64,000 bases of DNA from Lingula anatina (Eukaryota; Animalia; Brachiopoda), in the NCBI GenBank assembly GCA_051362555.1, contig CM120640.1, positions 24,600,225 to 24,664,224 of the forward strand. Direction: 5' to 3'. The translations under genes and the position numbers were made by a program. Below the pieces are notes generated by a model. The model was not told the DNA's origin, ran no database searches, and worked only from the letters and a program-made list of their open reading frames with translations. Shown piece after piece: positions 52,168 through 64,000 of this stretch. The stretch's first letter is position 1; each line of letters starts with the position of its first letter.

Positions 52168-55100
52168 TTAATTCAATGATGTACCCTTTTTGCATTGTTT
52201 ATATTCCGCTATAGTACCATGGAATGCTTCCCAAACATCTGGATTGCTGAAGCACAGTGTTCCACCACCCCGTTTATATTGGCCATACTGAAAGAAGGGA
52301 AAAAATGGCACTGTATCACACTTGGCATTTGTCAAACAAGTAATTATACAAACGCATTCACAAAGTTTGAATACTTTAAATGTTATGCTGTGCGAATGTG
52401 GATTTATCTCTCTTTTTGCCACCACAAAAAAAAGTCCAGTCAAAACTATACACATCATGTACAGTGTTAAATTTTGTGCACCAAAATTATAATTATTCAC
52501 TCACTTCTCTGTTAATATCCCCTACACATGTCCACTTTTTACCCTGGCTGTCCGCAGTTTTGCTGATGGCCCACTTTGCGTGGTCATCGTATTCCTCGAA
52601 CTTTATCCCATTGGGGAGCTGGATAAGGTTGACATTTTCTACCTAAGAAGAAAATGTAAGTGTAAAAACATCAAAATATTTGATAATCATTAAATAAATA
52701 TTTTTATTCAATGTCCTCTTCAGATAATTTGAAATTTCATTAAAAATTGACTTATCTCTGATGGTAAGTCTCATGGTGTGCTAGTGTTTTAAAGGAAATA
52801 ACACACTTTGAACCAACCAATATTGAGCTGAATTTTGTTGGTTGCCTACCGTGTATTTGCCCTCACAGTATGACGGAATAATGCTTTCGTGTTGCCAACT
52901 TTCCACCAGAAGGTCAGACTCCAAAGCAGGAGCAACAATGTCGTAGTACAGATCTGTAAAGGAAAATACCTGTCTGTGTCAACAGGGATGGTGTAAGATG
53001 ATGGGATTTCGATATAGGCCTTTCGCGTCGAGCGTAATATCTAAACAATAGGGCCTACAGTTGTGACGGTATGTTTTTGAGAGGTTCTACTCTACTTCCT
53101 TTCACAGTCAAATTTTCTTTCTGCATCTTCAAGTTCGTTTCCAGTCGTCGTGTCGAGCGCAGGATTCTATTTTTGAGACTGTTTTACATAATTACCAGAA
53201 CATAAATTGGTATACCTCTCAAAAAGTACTGCTACACATGCATCGCTAAGATATAATGCTTGCTGTGAAAATGCTTGATGAATTTGAAAATGACGTTTGA
53301 TTTTAACAGTTGAATAAACTGTGTCACGATGTCGATTGCAGATTGATATCGAAACAGGAACTTTATTTCGTGATATGAACAATTAAAAATGTTTCATTGT
53401 AAAATTCGCAAATTCTATTAATCTAAATTCATGTCCATACGTGTACCTGTAGGTATCAGCTACGAACAGAAAGCCTGTCTTGTAACACCTACTGTAACAT
53501 ATACATATTGAATGTATTAATCGATGTCGCAAACGATAGGGCCTACTAATATATACATGTTCCTCCTTAAACTTAACTTTGCATTTTTAATTACTACCAG
53601 TACCTTTATCCAATAACTTGCTTTTCCCAAAGCTAAGGAAATCATGACCACCGACAGAGATAAGAGGAAAGATCTGGTCAGCCGGGGACCCAGATATGTT
53701 TTTGCCTTGTACTACCAGACTCAAGTTCTCGAATTTTTGGGCAAGACCACTGGGCAATTTCTGGTCGTATAGATGAGGGTAGTCGTACAGCAACAGGCCA
53801 CCTGTAAACGTGATTAAACAAACGGAAATGTCTACAAAATCTGAATTTTATCAATATATAAATATATAGAGAGAGAGACTATATGAATAAATACGTAAAT
53901 TTTACAACTTTGCTCAGCATTAATGAGGAAAACATAGTTTACGCGATATCAAATGTTTAATTCAAAATTGGTAATCAATTATCATGTTTGTGCAAAAAAA
54001 AAACTAAACCGCTTTTGATTCAGATTTTCAATGCAAAATGTAGCGTACCGATTTTGTCAAATGCGTCAGGAGTAAAAGTAACACATAAAAAGGCTTGTCC
54101 ATAGTACAATCCGTTGTGTGGGTAGGAGTAGCTGGACGATTTGACTGGGGGGAACCGTGGTAAGCTGTGTACCAGCCAGACGCCTCTTGATGGTGTCAGC
54201 ATTAACACACCTAAAACAAGGTAGCAAAAGATGTGTTTGAACTCTGTCAACATTTGCTTTTTTTATTTTACATACTCTTTACGAGCTCAGACCAAGTGTT
54301 CTTGTCATTTACATTTTAATAACTATTTTTTCTTCGTGTTCATAAAGTCCTCGCGGAGTTGGATCCATCTTTGTAGACCGATAGTATCATTGGGAATGAG
54401 CCCTAAGACCACATTCAGCTTCACACAGCGTACAAGCTGGGTCAGTCAACTCGGCGGGGGATTCTCGCTAAAGTGCAATCAGGTGTCCAGCCGGGTGATT
54501 ACACTCAACCCCAATCCCCAATTCTCTTCTGCTGCTGAGCCTCCGTTTAAGGGGCGGGTAGGGGTGGGGTAGTTACAAAAGAGCAGACAAGCTGATTGGG
54601 CGTTTGTTTACTATTTTAGAGACCAGTGATATCAGAGGGTAGACATGAAGGGGGTTCCTCCGAAGCCAAGGGAGAAAAACGTACCCGCTGTGTCTTCCTC
54701 TGGATCCGTCATTGACTAATAATCTATATACCCCTGTAACATACCTTTTGTGTGCCCGTAGTTAAAACTGTATGGGGGATGCTCAGGTGGATCGTCATTA
54801 TACAGAATGTAACCAAAGTCCTGGAAAAAAGGCAATGAACACCGCATCTATAGTTTCAACGTTTCCACCTAAAACAAATGTTTTATCCACACTAACAACT
54901 GTCAAAAACTACATCATAAAAGGTGTTATATTGTTTCAGTTGAACACAATTCTAAATCTGCATGTCTTACAATTCTAGTATATGTCATCTTTTTCATTTC
55001 TTAATTTCTCATTCATATCATCGTTACGGAAATGCACTCAGTGGTTAATAGTCATGCACTATTTGTTCAGACTTGTATTAAAAAAGGGGCAACTATCTTT

Positions 55101-56278
55101 TAATCACTTTTTTGTAAAAGGCTTAAAAGTGCAAATGGTCCAAGCTTTTAAATTTCGTCATTTTTGTACATATGACAGTAATCGTAGTTCTAAAATCGCA
55201 AAATGTGCGAAGGTCTCCTAAAGGCTAAAACACAAGAAAGTTTTAAACCGGAACAACTAGACTCTGTACGTACATCACTGTCGTGCTGGCTGTACATTTG
55301 TTCTAAGGTGTAATATAAAGCGTGTCCCGAGGTCGCGTTCAACGAGACATTCACAGGCCGCCACTTTGGTGCATTGATGTCCATATATACATGCCCCAGA
55401 CCGATTTTGATGAGGGGATCCGGGTTATCTTTAAGGTGTGGAATCTTATACATGGCAAACCTGAAAGTGTGACAAAACTACATTCGGCCCCATTTAACAA
55501 ATTAACGATAAAGAGGCAATATATAGGCCTAGCTATATCAATACATTTAGCTCTCGTTGTGGCTATCAGTTTATAAAGCATTATATATATACAAAATATT
55601 GAACATAAAAAAAAGAGGAAGTAAAAACGTTTTAAAGTTAAGGTTTTAAGAAGGGCGAAAAATTGATTGGAAGATTCAGTGCCTCACGGGTGTTCATTAG
55701 AGCTCACTTGTCAAATTGTTTTTGGAGGGGTCTAGTCTCCCGACCGGTTTGGCCGGCTTCGTCTACCGATGTGGCAGGAATGGTAGTCCTAAGAATGGAA
55801 GTCCGGGGTCCCATGCATATGATTAGTACAGGCTAGGATTTATTTTGGATCCTAGGTACAGGTTAGGGTAAACCGGAGTATTGGGATTATTATATGGGAC
55901 GTATGTAACCTGTACAAAGTAACTGGGAACTGACTACGCTGACTACCTGGACTATGGTTCCAAGCGGACTACCATTCCTGTCAATTATATGTTCAATTAC
56001 GCATCTCTCTCTGTGCCTGTTTTATAGGTTTCAAGTCAACCGACAAGTGTGCATGTGTGGTAATAGGAAATATGCATGTTTTGCGTTGTATAAGCGGGGC
56101 GGATCAGTGATGGCAATGTGCATCGAAGGCTGTATGCATGCATGAGTACAGTATATTATTCGTACCAGTCAACTGCATTCCCTTCTGGATCCATGCATGT
56201 AAGGTCGCCCAACACTGTCGCCAAGCACAAAACATGTCCAAAGGCCAAGAAAACAAGAAAACTTGGTTTGTACCCCAT
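52168..56278 (-). CDS. Deoxyribonuclease II family (plancitoxin-1-like), secreted/lysosomal, 8 coding exons
   Basis: Signal-like N-terminus then CMDPEGNAVDW|FAMYKIP; YNDDPP...GHTKG (54820-54745); WLVHSLPRFPP; YGQAFLCVTF; DLLVESW; DHAKWAISK; WTCVGDINRE; KRGGGTLC; both DNase II catalytic His motifs are present. Alternative in-frame ATG at 56305. Confidence 0.92.
55771..55984. mobile_element. MITE-like element, family A copy 2 (DNase II intron)
   Basis: TIRs GTGGCAGGAATGGTAGTCC / GGACTACCATTCCTGTCAA; shares GTACAGGTTAGG, ATATGGGA and ACCTGT.CAAAGTAA blocks with 18081-18241. Confidence 0.75.
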
Positions 56279-58109
56279 ATCTTTCAAACCGATCTTCAGA
56301 AACATGAAGACGTACGTTAAATAAGCAACTCTGTCCACCTGGTTCAGATCTGAAATAAAAATACCTTTGAATTAGATGATGATTTGAATGTTATCAACAC
56401 GACAGCACTTCATTCGTATACTTCTGTCAATAACAATGAATATATCAGTATATATATCTTGTACGAAAATCCTTGCGTTATCATTCATATATACTAGATA
56501 TCTGTTATACATGTATGTATTGTAATGGTGTCAAGTAAGATATAATACAGTCAGCCGCAAAGTGGCATAAAACGATAACATTAGTTGCGATCTTCTTCCG
56601 CGTTTGAATATAAAGCTGAAGGGACCTACATGTGTACCCCGACTTGCCTAGCTGAAGTCTACAATAACGTATACACGTGTATTCACAGTTTGGCCTGTGG
56701 ACATATTTATGTACGAGCTCATTTAGTGTCACCCCTGGTATTATGTGTTATAAATAGATTTGCAGTCCGATGATGGCACATTGATCATATGATAACAGGG
56801 ATGATATGACATAAATTAACTGGGACTTTGCCATCATTGTCCCCCACGCTCTGCCCACAGGGTGCGCTAGTAGTATGTTACAAATTTTTTGTATAGCTGA
56901 TATCGATATTTAATTTTAATTGTTTAGTATTTTAGAAGCCCCTGATATCAGAGGGTAATTGTCCCTTTTGTAACATTTGCTCTATAAGCCCACAACACAA
57001 ACAATCAGTGCCATATTTTATCTTTCATTTTATTTATTTATGTAACATTATTTTCTTCATCTCGCTTTGTTTCAATAAAAACATCGCTCGGCAATACACA
57101 GTCACTCCACGAAAAGGGAATCCAAATCCGAAAAATACGTGTCGCAGCCTATTATCTGCAATAAAAGTGTATAAAATATTGTATTTTTTATGTTTTACAG
57201 TGGAATCCCAAGTACTCTACACAAAAAGAACAATTCACTTTGTAGAACTCATCTTGAGAGTAACCGAGAGGGTAACAATTTCCACGTGCTGCTTTAGTAA
57301 TTTAGTTAGCTGGTTAGCCGCAAGAAAACATCTGACATCTTTTAGCGTTTTTTGTCCTTAATTAAGTTGAAGTCATGATTCTTTTTTTCAAATATATATA
57401 TGTGGTATTTTTTTTTATTAATTTCGTTTATCGTTTTCGAAAGTACTGTGTCGGTCAGTCAGTCAGTCTGCCTGTCTGTCTGTTTGTTTGTTTGTTTTCA
57501 AGTTTGTCTGTTACACGTAGCACTCTACAGGTCGTTATAATTTCATCTCCGTATTAAACAAATATATAATATATGAAAATGTTAATTCTGCCAAGATAAG
57601 CTGATCATTTTATATTGTCACTGAAGTGTGCTTTACAGTCGAAGACAAAAACATAAAGTGCTTTATCAAATATTTTGGTGTTTATTTGGAATTTAGAATG
57701 GGGTGAAATTTGTCAAATAGGACTCGGTAAGGGTCCTAGAAGCAACTTCTTAAGGGGGGGGGGTGACAGAGAAGGTTGACAAGATGCAATGAATTACCCC
57801 AGTCGGTCAGCTACCATATAATTTATCAATGACCATGAGTAACCAAAGGGTAAAATCAAACAGTTTGGAGTGAGGTTCACAGGGATGAAACCAACACATT
57901 TTTTTTTCTTCTGAAGCTGCCTACTCCCACAGCTTTTCGGCATCATAGAGCAACAGCTTCTGCTGGACCATTCCTGTCACACCGGGATATGATGCCATCT
58001 TTTATATATATATTGTGAATATCTATCGGGCAAACAAGCAAATTACTGTCTCTCTAGGTGACTACGTTATAAAAGCCAACTGAGTGATGAAATTAATTCC
58101 ATGCAAAAA

Positions 58110-58140
<31 letters not shown>

Positions 58141-59332
58141 AACTCACTGGTCACAAAACAAGGGCCCACAGAATTCGCCCGAGGCATATCTTTGAATATT
58201 GAGTAACAAAATAAAAAAGACGAAGATCTGTGCCCATTGTAGAGGGTGTACTCAGTTAACCAGTTTGTCCAGTTCACTAATCTAATATCTAATATCATAT
58301 TACATGATTAAAAGGCGGTCTGAGACTGGCTTTATTGAAAATATGCGTGTCTTTTTAACGTTTTTCGCGCAATACAATACCTTTTGCTTGCATCTGCTTC
58401 TGATAGGCCTATTTTAGTTTTAAATATTTACAAGGTTGTAAAAATTCATATTTTGTGAAGGGCTAGTAGGGTAACTGCAATCTTATGATATCTGCTCTCC
58501 TCTTCCTGCTGATATATTTATATATATATATATATTTTTCAAATTTTTCGATACAGTAGTTGCCGACATATGGATACTTTTTTGACAAAACCACGCTTCA
58601 TCAAGGCCAAGATTTGACCAGCCCAAAGGAGCACCAGCCAATTAAATCACTGCATATTACACAATGCAGCAGTGTAACAGACTTGGTAGTCAGTTAATTG
58701 GTAGCGACACACCTGACTTCATACTTCTCCAGTCAGAGTTAAAAAAAAAAAAAAAAAGAGAACGCATTTTTACCTAGGTATACCTTTAAAACTGAAATAT
58801 TCCATATTAGGCCTAAATGTCAAGTCTGTAGTTAGAGAAAAGAATAAATATTTTGTAGAAAATTTACTCGCCAAAAAATAATATTCCATAATAAGTAGTA
58901 GGCCTAACCCTGTATTTGTCGTAGCCTACCTGTAATTCTATAAATCACGAAAGTAGGAGGGGGCCTACCGAAGTATAGGCTACGCTTTTACTTTAAAAAT
59001 ATAAAAAACTTCTTTTGTCATATTTTGTCCTATAACCTCTATGACTAAATTTCATTTTCCCCACTTGCACTAGCTAGTTACTTGAAACGGCAAGGGTAAA
59101 TCTATGCTCTAGTGTAGGCCTAGAAGTTTGTTTCAAGTTAGGCCTATTTCTGAAGCCCAGGGTGGCCCAAAATGGTCGGCCCTATAACATATATTATTCG
59201 AGTAGTCTCTTCAACACCGAACCGATCTCGGTCTGTTCACTATTTTTTTTGACTGCCATATATATCACTGGTAGGCCTACATGTAGATCTACCAGTAATT
59301 ACCTCCGACTTAGACATAATATTATGTCCAAG

Positions 59333-59547
59333 CCTCCGCCAAGGAGGTTATGTTTTCACCCCTGTCTGTTTGATTGTCATCAACATAACTCAAAAAGTGA
59401 TGGGCCGATTTTGATGAAATTTTCAGGGTAGGAGGGAAATTGGTTAACTTAGAAGTGATTAGTTTTTAGTCGTGATCCAGATCAATAATCAATCAATAAT
59501 CAATAATAATCAAAAATCGCTGCCTTGGCAGAGGTCTGCTTTTCTAG
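59333..59547 (+). mobile_element. Non-autonomous element with subterminal inverted repeats (Helentron-associated HINE/DINE-like)
   Basis: CCTCCGCCAAGG (59333-59344) pairs with CCTTGGCAGAGG (59523-59534); 5' AGG completes a short hairpin; CTGT/TTG short-repeat tract, GATTTTGATGAAATTT core, AATAATC minirepeat, ends CTAG before a T tract. Confidence 0.6.
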
Positions 59548-59810
59548 TTTTTTAAAATTAAAATCTAGTTTCTGGATATTTAATATGATACACACCAGTT
59601 AGTCTTTTCGATTTATTGCGTAATTGAATGAAACGTGCAAGGCGACAACAGACTAAGATGATGCTTGGGAGGAGCCTTTGAAGATTGAGGCAGAACGAAT
59701 TAGACTAAAAAATTGCAAAATGAAAAAGCCTTGCACATATATATATCGCCTCGTTCTCAGCAGGATGATGCTAATCGAAATCGAGGTCACGTTGGTGGCC
59801 CAAAGCCAAA

Positions 59811-62539
59811 ATGGCGGACCGTCAGAGCAAAGTCGCAGCAATGGCTAGTTCTGAGGTGTCAAAGAGGGCAACTATGTCTTTAACACCAGAAATTGCGGCT
59901 ATAATACAAACAAGAGAACGTAAACTTGCCTATGAAAAGAACTTGGAAATCCATATTAATCGAGGAAGCGCATATCCACCCATGAACCTCGAGATACACC
60001 AGAGAATGCGAGATCGAGTAGCTGGAAAAGGAATGACAGCGGATGACCGTTTACTTCGAAAAAAATGGGTAGATGCTCAATCGTTGGCTCCTGATGAACC
60101 ACGGTTTGTTCCAGCCCCTAGGAACATATTGAGGCGCGTGTATAGATATCCAATGGATGTATTGTATATGCCACTTTCTAAACTCCCTGTTTTGGTGAGT
60201 AAATTTCAAACGTAAACTCTATGGTATTTTTAAGCCTAGCAGGGCTGGCATATCTTTTGTTTTGTAATTGATGATTATTATGTAATTTGTGTTAAGCTTT
60301 ATATGCTCTAAGACTCTCTGCTCACCCATGCAGAAAACAAGGAACCAAAACGACAAAGTAATTTTTCCTTAAAGTATGTTAAGAGTTAAGATTGATTTAA
60401 CGTCAATCTACTTTTGTTGCAGCTTTTGATGTTTTAGCCCTCTGCCCTTAGTAATATGCATTTAGAAAATATATATAAATTAGATAAGTGCATGTTAGAT
60501 ATACACCTCCGCATGCATACAGTATCTTGTTTACAGGAAACGTGCCACACTTAATTAATTTTAATTATATATTTTTTCCATGACAGTAAAAAACATTAAA
60601 TAATGTAATCATTTCCATGACAAAGTTTGAACAAGTCGTGACAATAAACAGTGGAGGTTTTACACGATACTGATGCTGAGCAACTTTAAGACTTTATTTT
60701 AACTGCATCATACATACATACTGTATTCCTTAAATTAAAATTTTACTGTTTTATGTCAAGACTTGATAAAACTGCAAACTTTGCCACTCCATGATTTGTG
60801 AAATGAAATTTGATCCCACATTCATAAATGCTGCTGTAATTCCCACAGAATTCCTTTTCTGGCAAAATTCCCAAAATTAACAATTGGTGGATGCATCATC
60901 CATCTGTATTTGGCTAAAATATTTACCTTGGCTCATATGGCTATTTTATAATTATTCAAAACAATGATGCTTCCAACAATTTTTGTCTGAGTGTATGTCA
61001 ACATTCCACTTTTAAGAAGCTCAAAAGAGAAGTTGAATTTCACATCATATAAGGTTTGATTTAGACTGAAAATTGGTCATTCTCTGACAAGTAGGGACTA
61101 CTAGTATGTGAAAATGTGATTTTATTGAAAGAAGAGGGATTTTCAATGATATAAATTTATGTTTTTATGCCCACCATTGTGTTTTGTCAAAATGTACCCG
61201 TCTTTGTTTTCTGGAGCATGCATAAAAATATTTCTGAGCCAGAAAACAGTTTGGTGTGTGTTCAAAATTTTGAGATATAAAGATAATTATATGTCCGAGA
61301 GAAATTGCCTTGGTTATGAAAAACATTCAACATGAAGAAAAAAAAAAGGAAGATTTTTTCCTTTTGATATTTTGTAATATCTTGTAGCACCATGTAATTT
61401 GTGTGATATTAGACTATTAAATTAATAATCTTAGTAAGCATTTTAATACAGCTGTGGAATTGTTGATTATTCTTATTCCATGTTATTTCAGAGAAAATGC
61501 CATACAGACGTGCGGTCAGTGCTTCATGGAGCTCTGGTTGCTGTAGCTTTTATCAATTTTGCATTTTATTGCTATTATTTCAAGACAAAGGTATGTACTA
61601 TTCAGATATGTGCACAACTATTTCTCACTTTTAAATCCCCTAATTTAAGGTAAACAATGGTAAGACAAATCGGGTCCAAATCTGTTGGTGAAAATTAAAA
61701 GTTTTGCATCATTACATATAACTTAGAAGAACAAAAATAAACCCTTTAACATTAAAACACATTTACCTGACGGTGTCAAGAGACAGATATGTGGTCTGTC
61801 AATTTCTCTTTGTTAATGAAAGAGATGCTCTGGTATGCAAGAACAGAGTCATGGATATAAACCAATTATATAAGATCATTCCACAAAAAAAGTGACTCTC
61901 TGAGTCGCATTATTGAGGACACTTCTTGTGTCATATTGACTGAACGGTTTTCTATGAATTTTTAATAAGTCAATTTATTTATTTTAAGAAAACAGCAAAC
62001 ATACTGGGGCAAATATATATTATACAAAATGTGAGTGACACTGACATGTCTCAGAGTCACCATATTGTGAAATGATATAGAGAGAGATATTTGTATATAC
62101 ACACATGCATACATTCCATTTCAGTCATGGGATGGTCTAAGCAAATTTGTGCATATGGGAGCATACCCTGCAACATTTGTAAGTAGATTTTCACATTTTT
62201 AGTTGAAGGCATCGTAGTAAATAATTCATTTTGATACACTCCTCAAAATGTTGTTTCCATAAAAGTTTCTACACAAGTTTCTTGGCATGTAGGTGAAAGA
62301 TTTTGGTCTAATATTTAATCTATGTTTATATCAGAATTGTAATTTTTAATGCACAAACATAGTAAATATTTTTCTATGATACTGTTATCCTGCATGTTGA
62401 AATGAACTTACTAGTAAAGCATCAGAGTTCAGGCAAAATTAAATGGACTGTTCGTCTTTATCTTCTTATTTTTCAGGGTGAAAATGCTTCTGCGCCCAAA
62501 CCAAAATATATAACTCCAGAGGGCTCACCTTTACTTTGA
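59811..62539 (+). CDS. NDUFB6: NADH:ubiquinone oxidoreductase subunit B6 (B17), 3 exons
   Basis: Exon 59811-60194 has GMTADDRLLRKKWVDAQSLAPDEP...RNILRRVYRYPMD (NDUFB6 signature); TM exon 61492-61590; last exon 62477-62539 GENASAPKPKYITPEGSPLL*. Confidence 0.85.
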
Positions 62540-64000
62540 CTGTATAATACTAGGTGTTTGCAGTTTTCAGTATTTGAAAATAATGAATTAACAGGACAGT
62601 TATGCACATTGCATACCACTGATGGAGAGTAAGTTATACATTTTGTAGTAATTGGTTGCATAGGACTTCAGAAGTAACCTGAAAAGAAGTGTTTTGGGTG
62701 TTCTAAAAACAGATAGACTTCTAGAAGAATTCTTGCTCTTTGAAACATTTGTGCATTGGAGATGAGTAATGTTTCAAGCATTTTTTTCTGAAAAAATTTG
62801 AAATAAATGGAGCTTTGCAAGCTCAAATTTGTTTCCTCAATTCTTACACCCAAAGCCTGATGAAAATGAAGAAAAGTAGTAGACAAAAAACAAAACAATT
62901 TAAATGTACTTAACAAGCTGATTGCCTGTGTTGTAATCTTAACTGCATTTTAAACTGTATGACAAAGTGTTTGTTAGGTTAGCATAAAATAAAGGATAAT
63001 TTTTAACTTAAAAGCTGGCAAGTTGGCATGACACCAAAATTAACACAAACTGTCGAGATTCACTGGCCATTCTCTTTCCAATAAAGCAATTGATGCTGTC
63101 AAAGTGAATGGGGGGAGGGGGGGTATTTATTTTAGAATACAACGGTTAGCAGTTGAGACTATATATGTATCTGTTGTTAATAAAGGCATAACAGTTTGCA
63201 GTTATCAACTGAAACATGTAAATCCAATTTTCAAATGAACAAATTCTGGGAATTGTCTCGAGCCTGACATGATCTTCATTCTCAATGAAACACATCTCCA
63301 AAAAACTTAAAAAGTCAACTTAAAACATTTATTTTTCTGCTTAAAACTCCACAAAAAGTGATCATAGTAATCATTTGCTAAATTTTAACAAAATTATTAT
63401 CCCAAAAACAAATTATTATCCCAAAAACAATCTTCGTTAGTCAAAAAGATGATTCACAATTTCAAAATTCCAGCTGTGTGCACATCCTTAAAAACTCAAT
63501 TGTTACATTTAAGTCTACAATAAGTGGTCAAAAGAATTACCTACTTAATTTGAGCAAAATTAGATTGAATCATTCCTGGAACAATTTTGTTAGTGAAAAC
63601 TGATACAAAGAAGGCAGTTGGGTATATGTCAAAAAGCACATTTATAACAGTAATTTAAATTGTGAAATCTTGAAATTCAGTGGGATATTTTACATATAAA
63701 AGCTGGTGGTATTTATCAAAGTATTTATACAGATGTTTCGTCATTTTAAGTACTTTCAGATAATTTCACAGCAACAAATTACCTGAAAGCCCAAGACCTT
63801 TGTAAAAATAGTCATGATTACACTTAAATCCATTTTCAAATTACAAAAATCTTCACAAAGCTGATATTGATTCCTGAATAAAATGGAGTATGTGGCACTT
63901 TCAAATATTCATACAACATAAAATTATAATTATTATAATCATAATGATAATTAAAATACATTAGTATTCATTATCAACATTTCTTTGCCATTTTAGGTGC

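Noticed and set aside
62668-63873. Possible 3' exons of a minus-strand gene (ORF 62668-62916; AG/GT-bounded segment ~63873-63783)
   Set aside because: Could not be spliced into a continuous recognisable protein; needs downstream sequence or RNA-seq.

Overview
AT-rich, intron-dense invertebrate animal genomic DNA (plausibly mollusc/lophotrochozoan; inferred, not proven). It carries eight spliced protein-coding genes in a compact, mostly alternating head-to-head / tail-to-tail order: peroxidasin (+, 5' end outside the window), ACOT13 (-), a VAMP8-like R-SNARE (-), importin-7 (+), DDB1 (-), XRCC6/Ku70 (+), a DNase II/plancitoxin-like nuclease (-) and NDUFB6 (+). The main non-coding signals are: three copies (two intact, one decayed) of a ~218-nt SNORD17-like box C/D snoRNA in IPO7 introns; an AT-AC U12-type intron in DDB1; a GC-AG intron and an unexplained ~300-nt multi-hairpin element in XRCC6 introns; a short divergent promoter shared by DDB1 and XRCC6; several MITE/HINE-like elements; and a visible CpG-depleted versus CpG-retaining mosaic. 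No clearly new multi-gene system is demonstrable from the sequence alone. Family assignments rest on recalled sequences and motifs, not on database searches.
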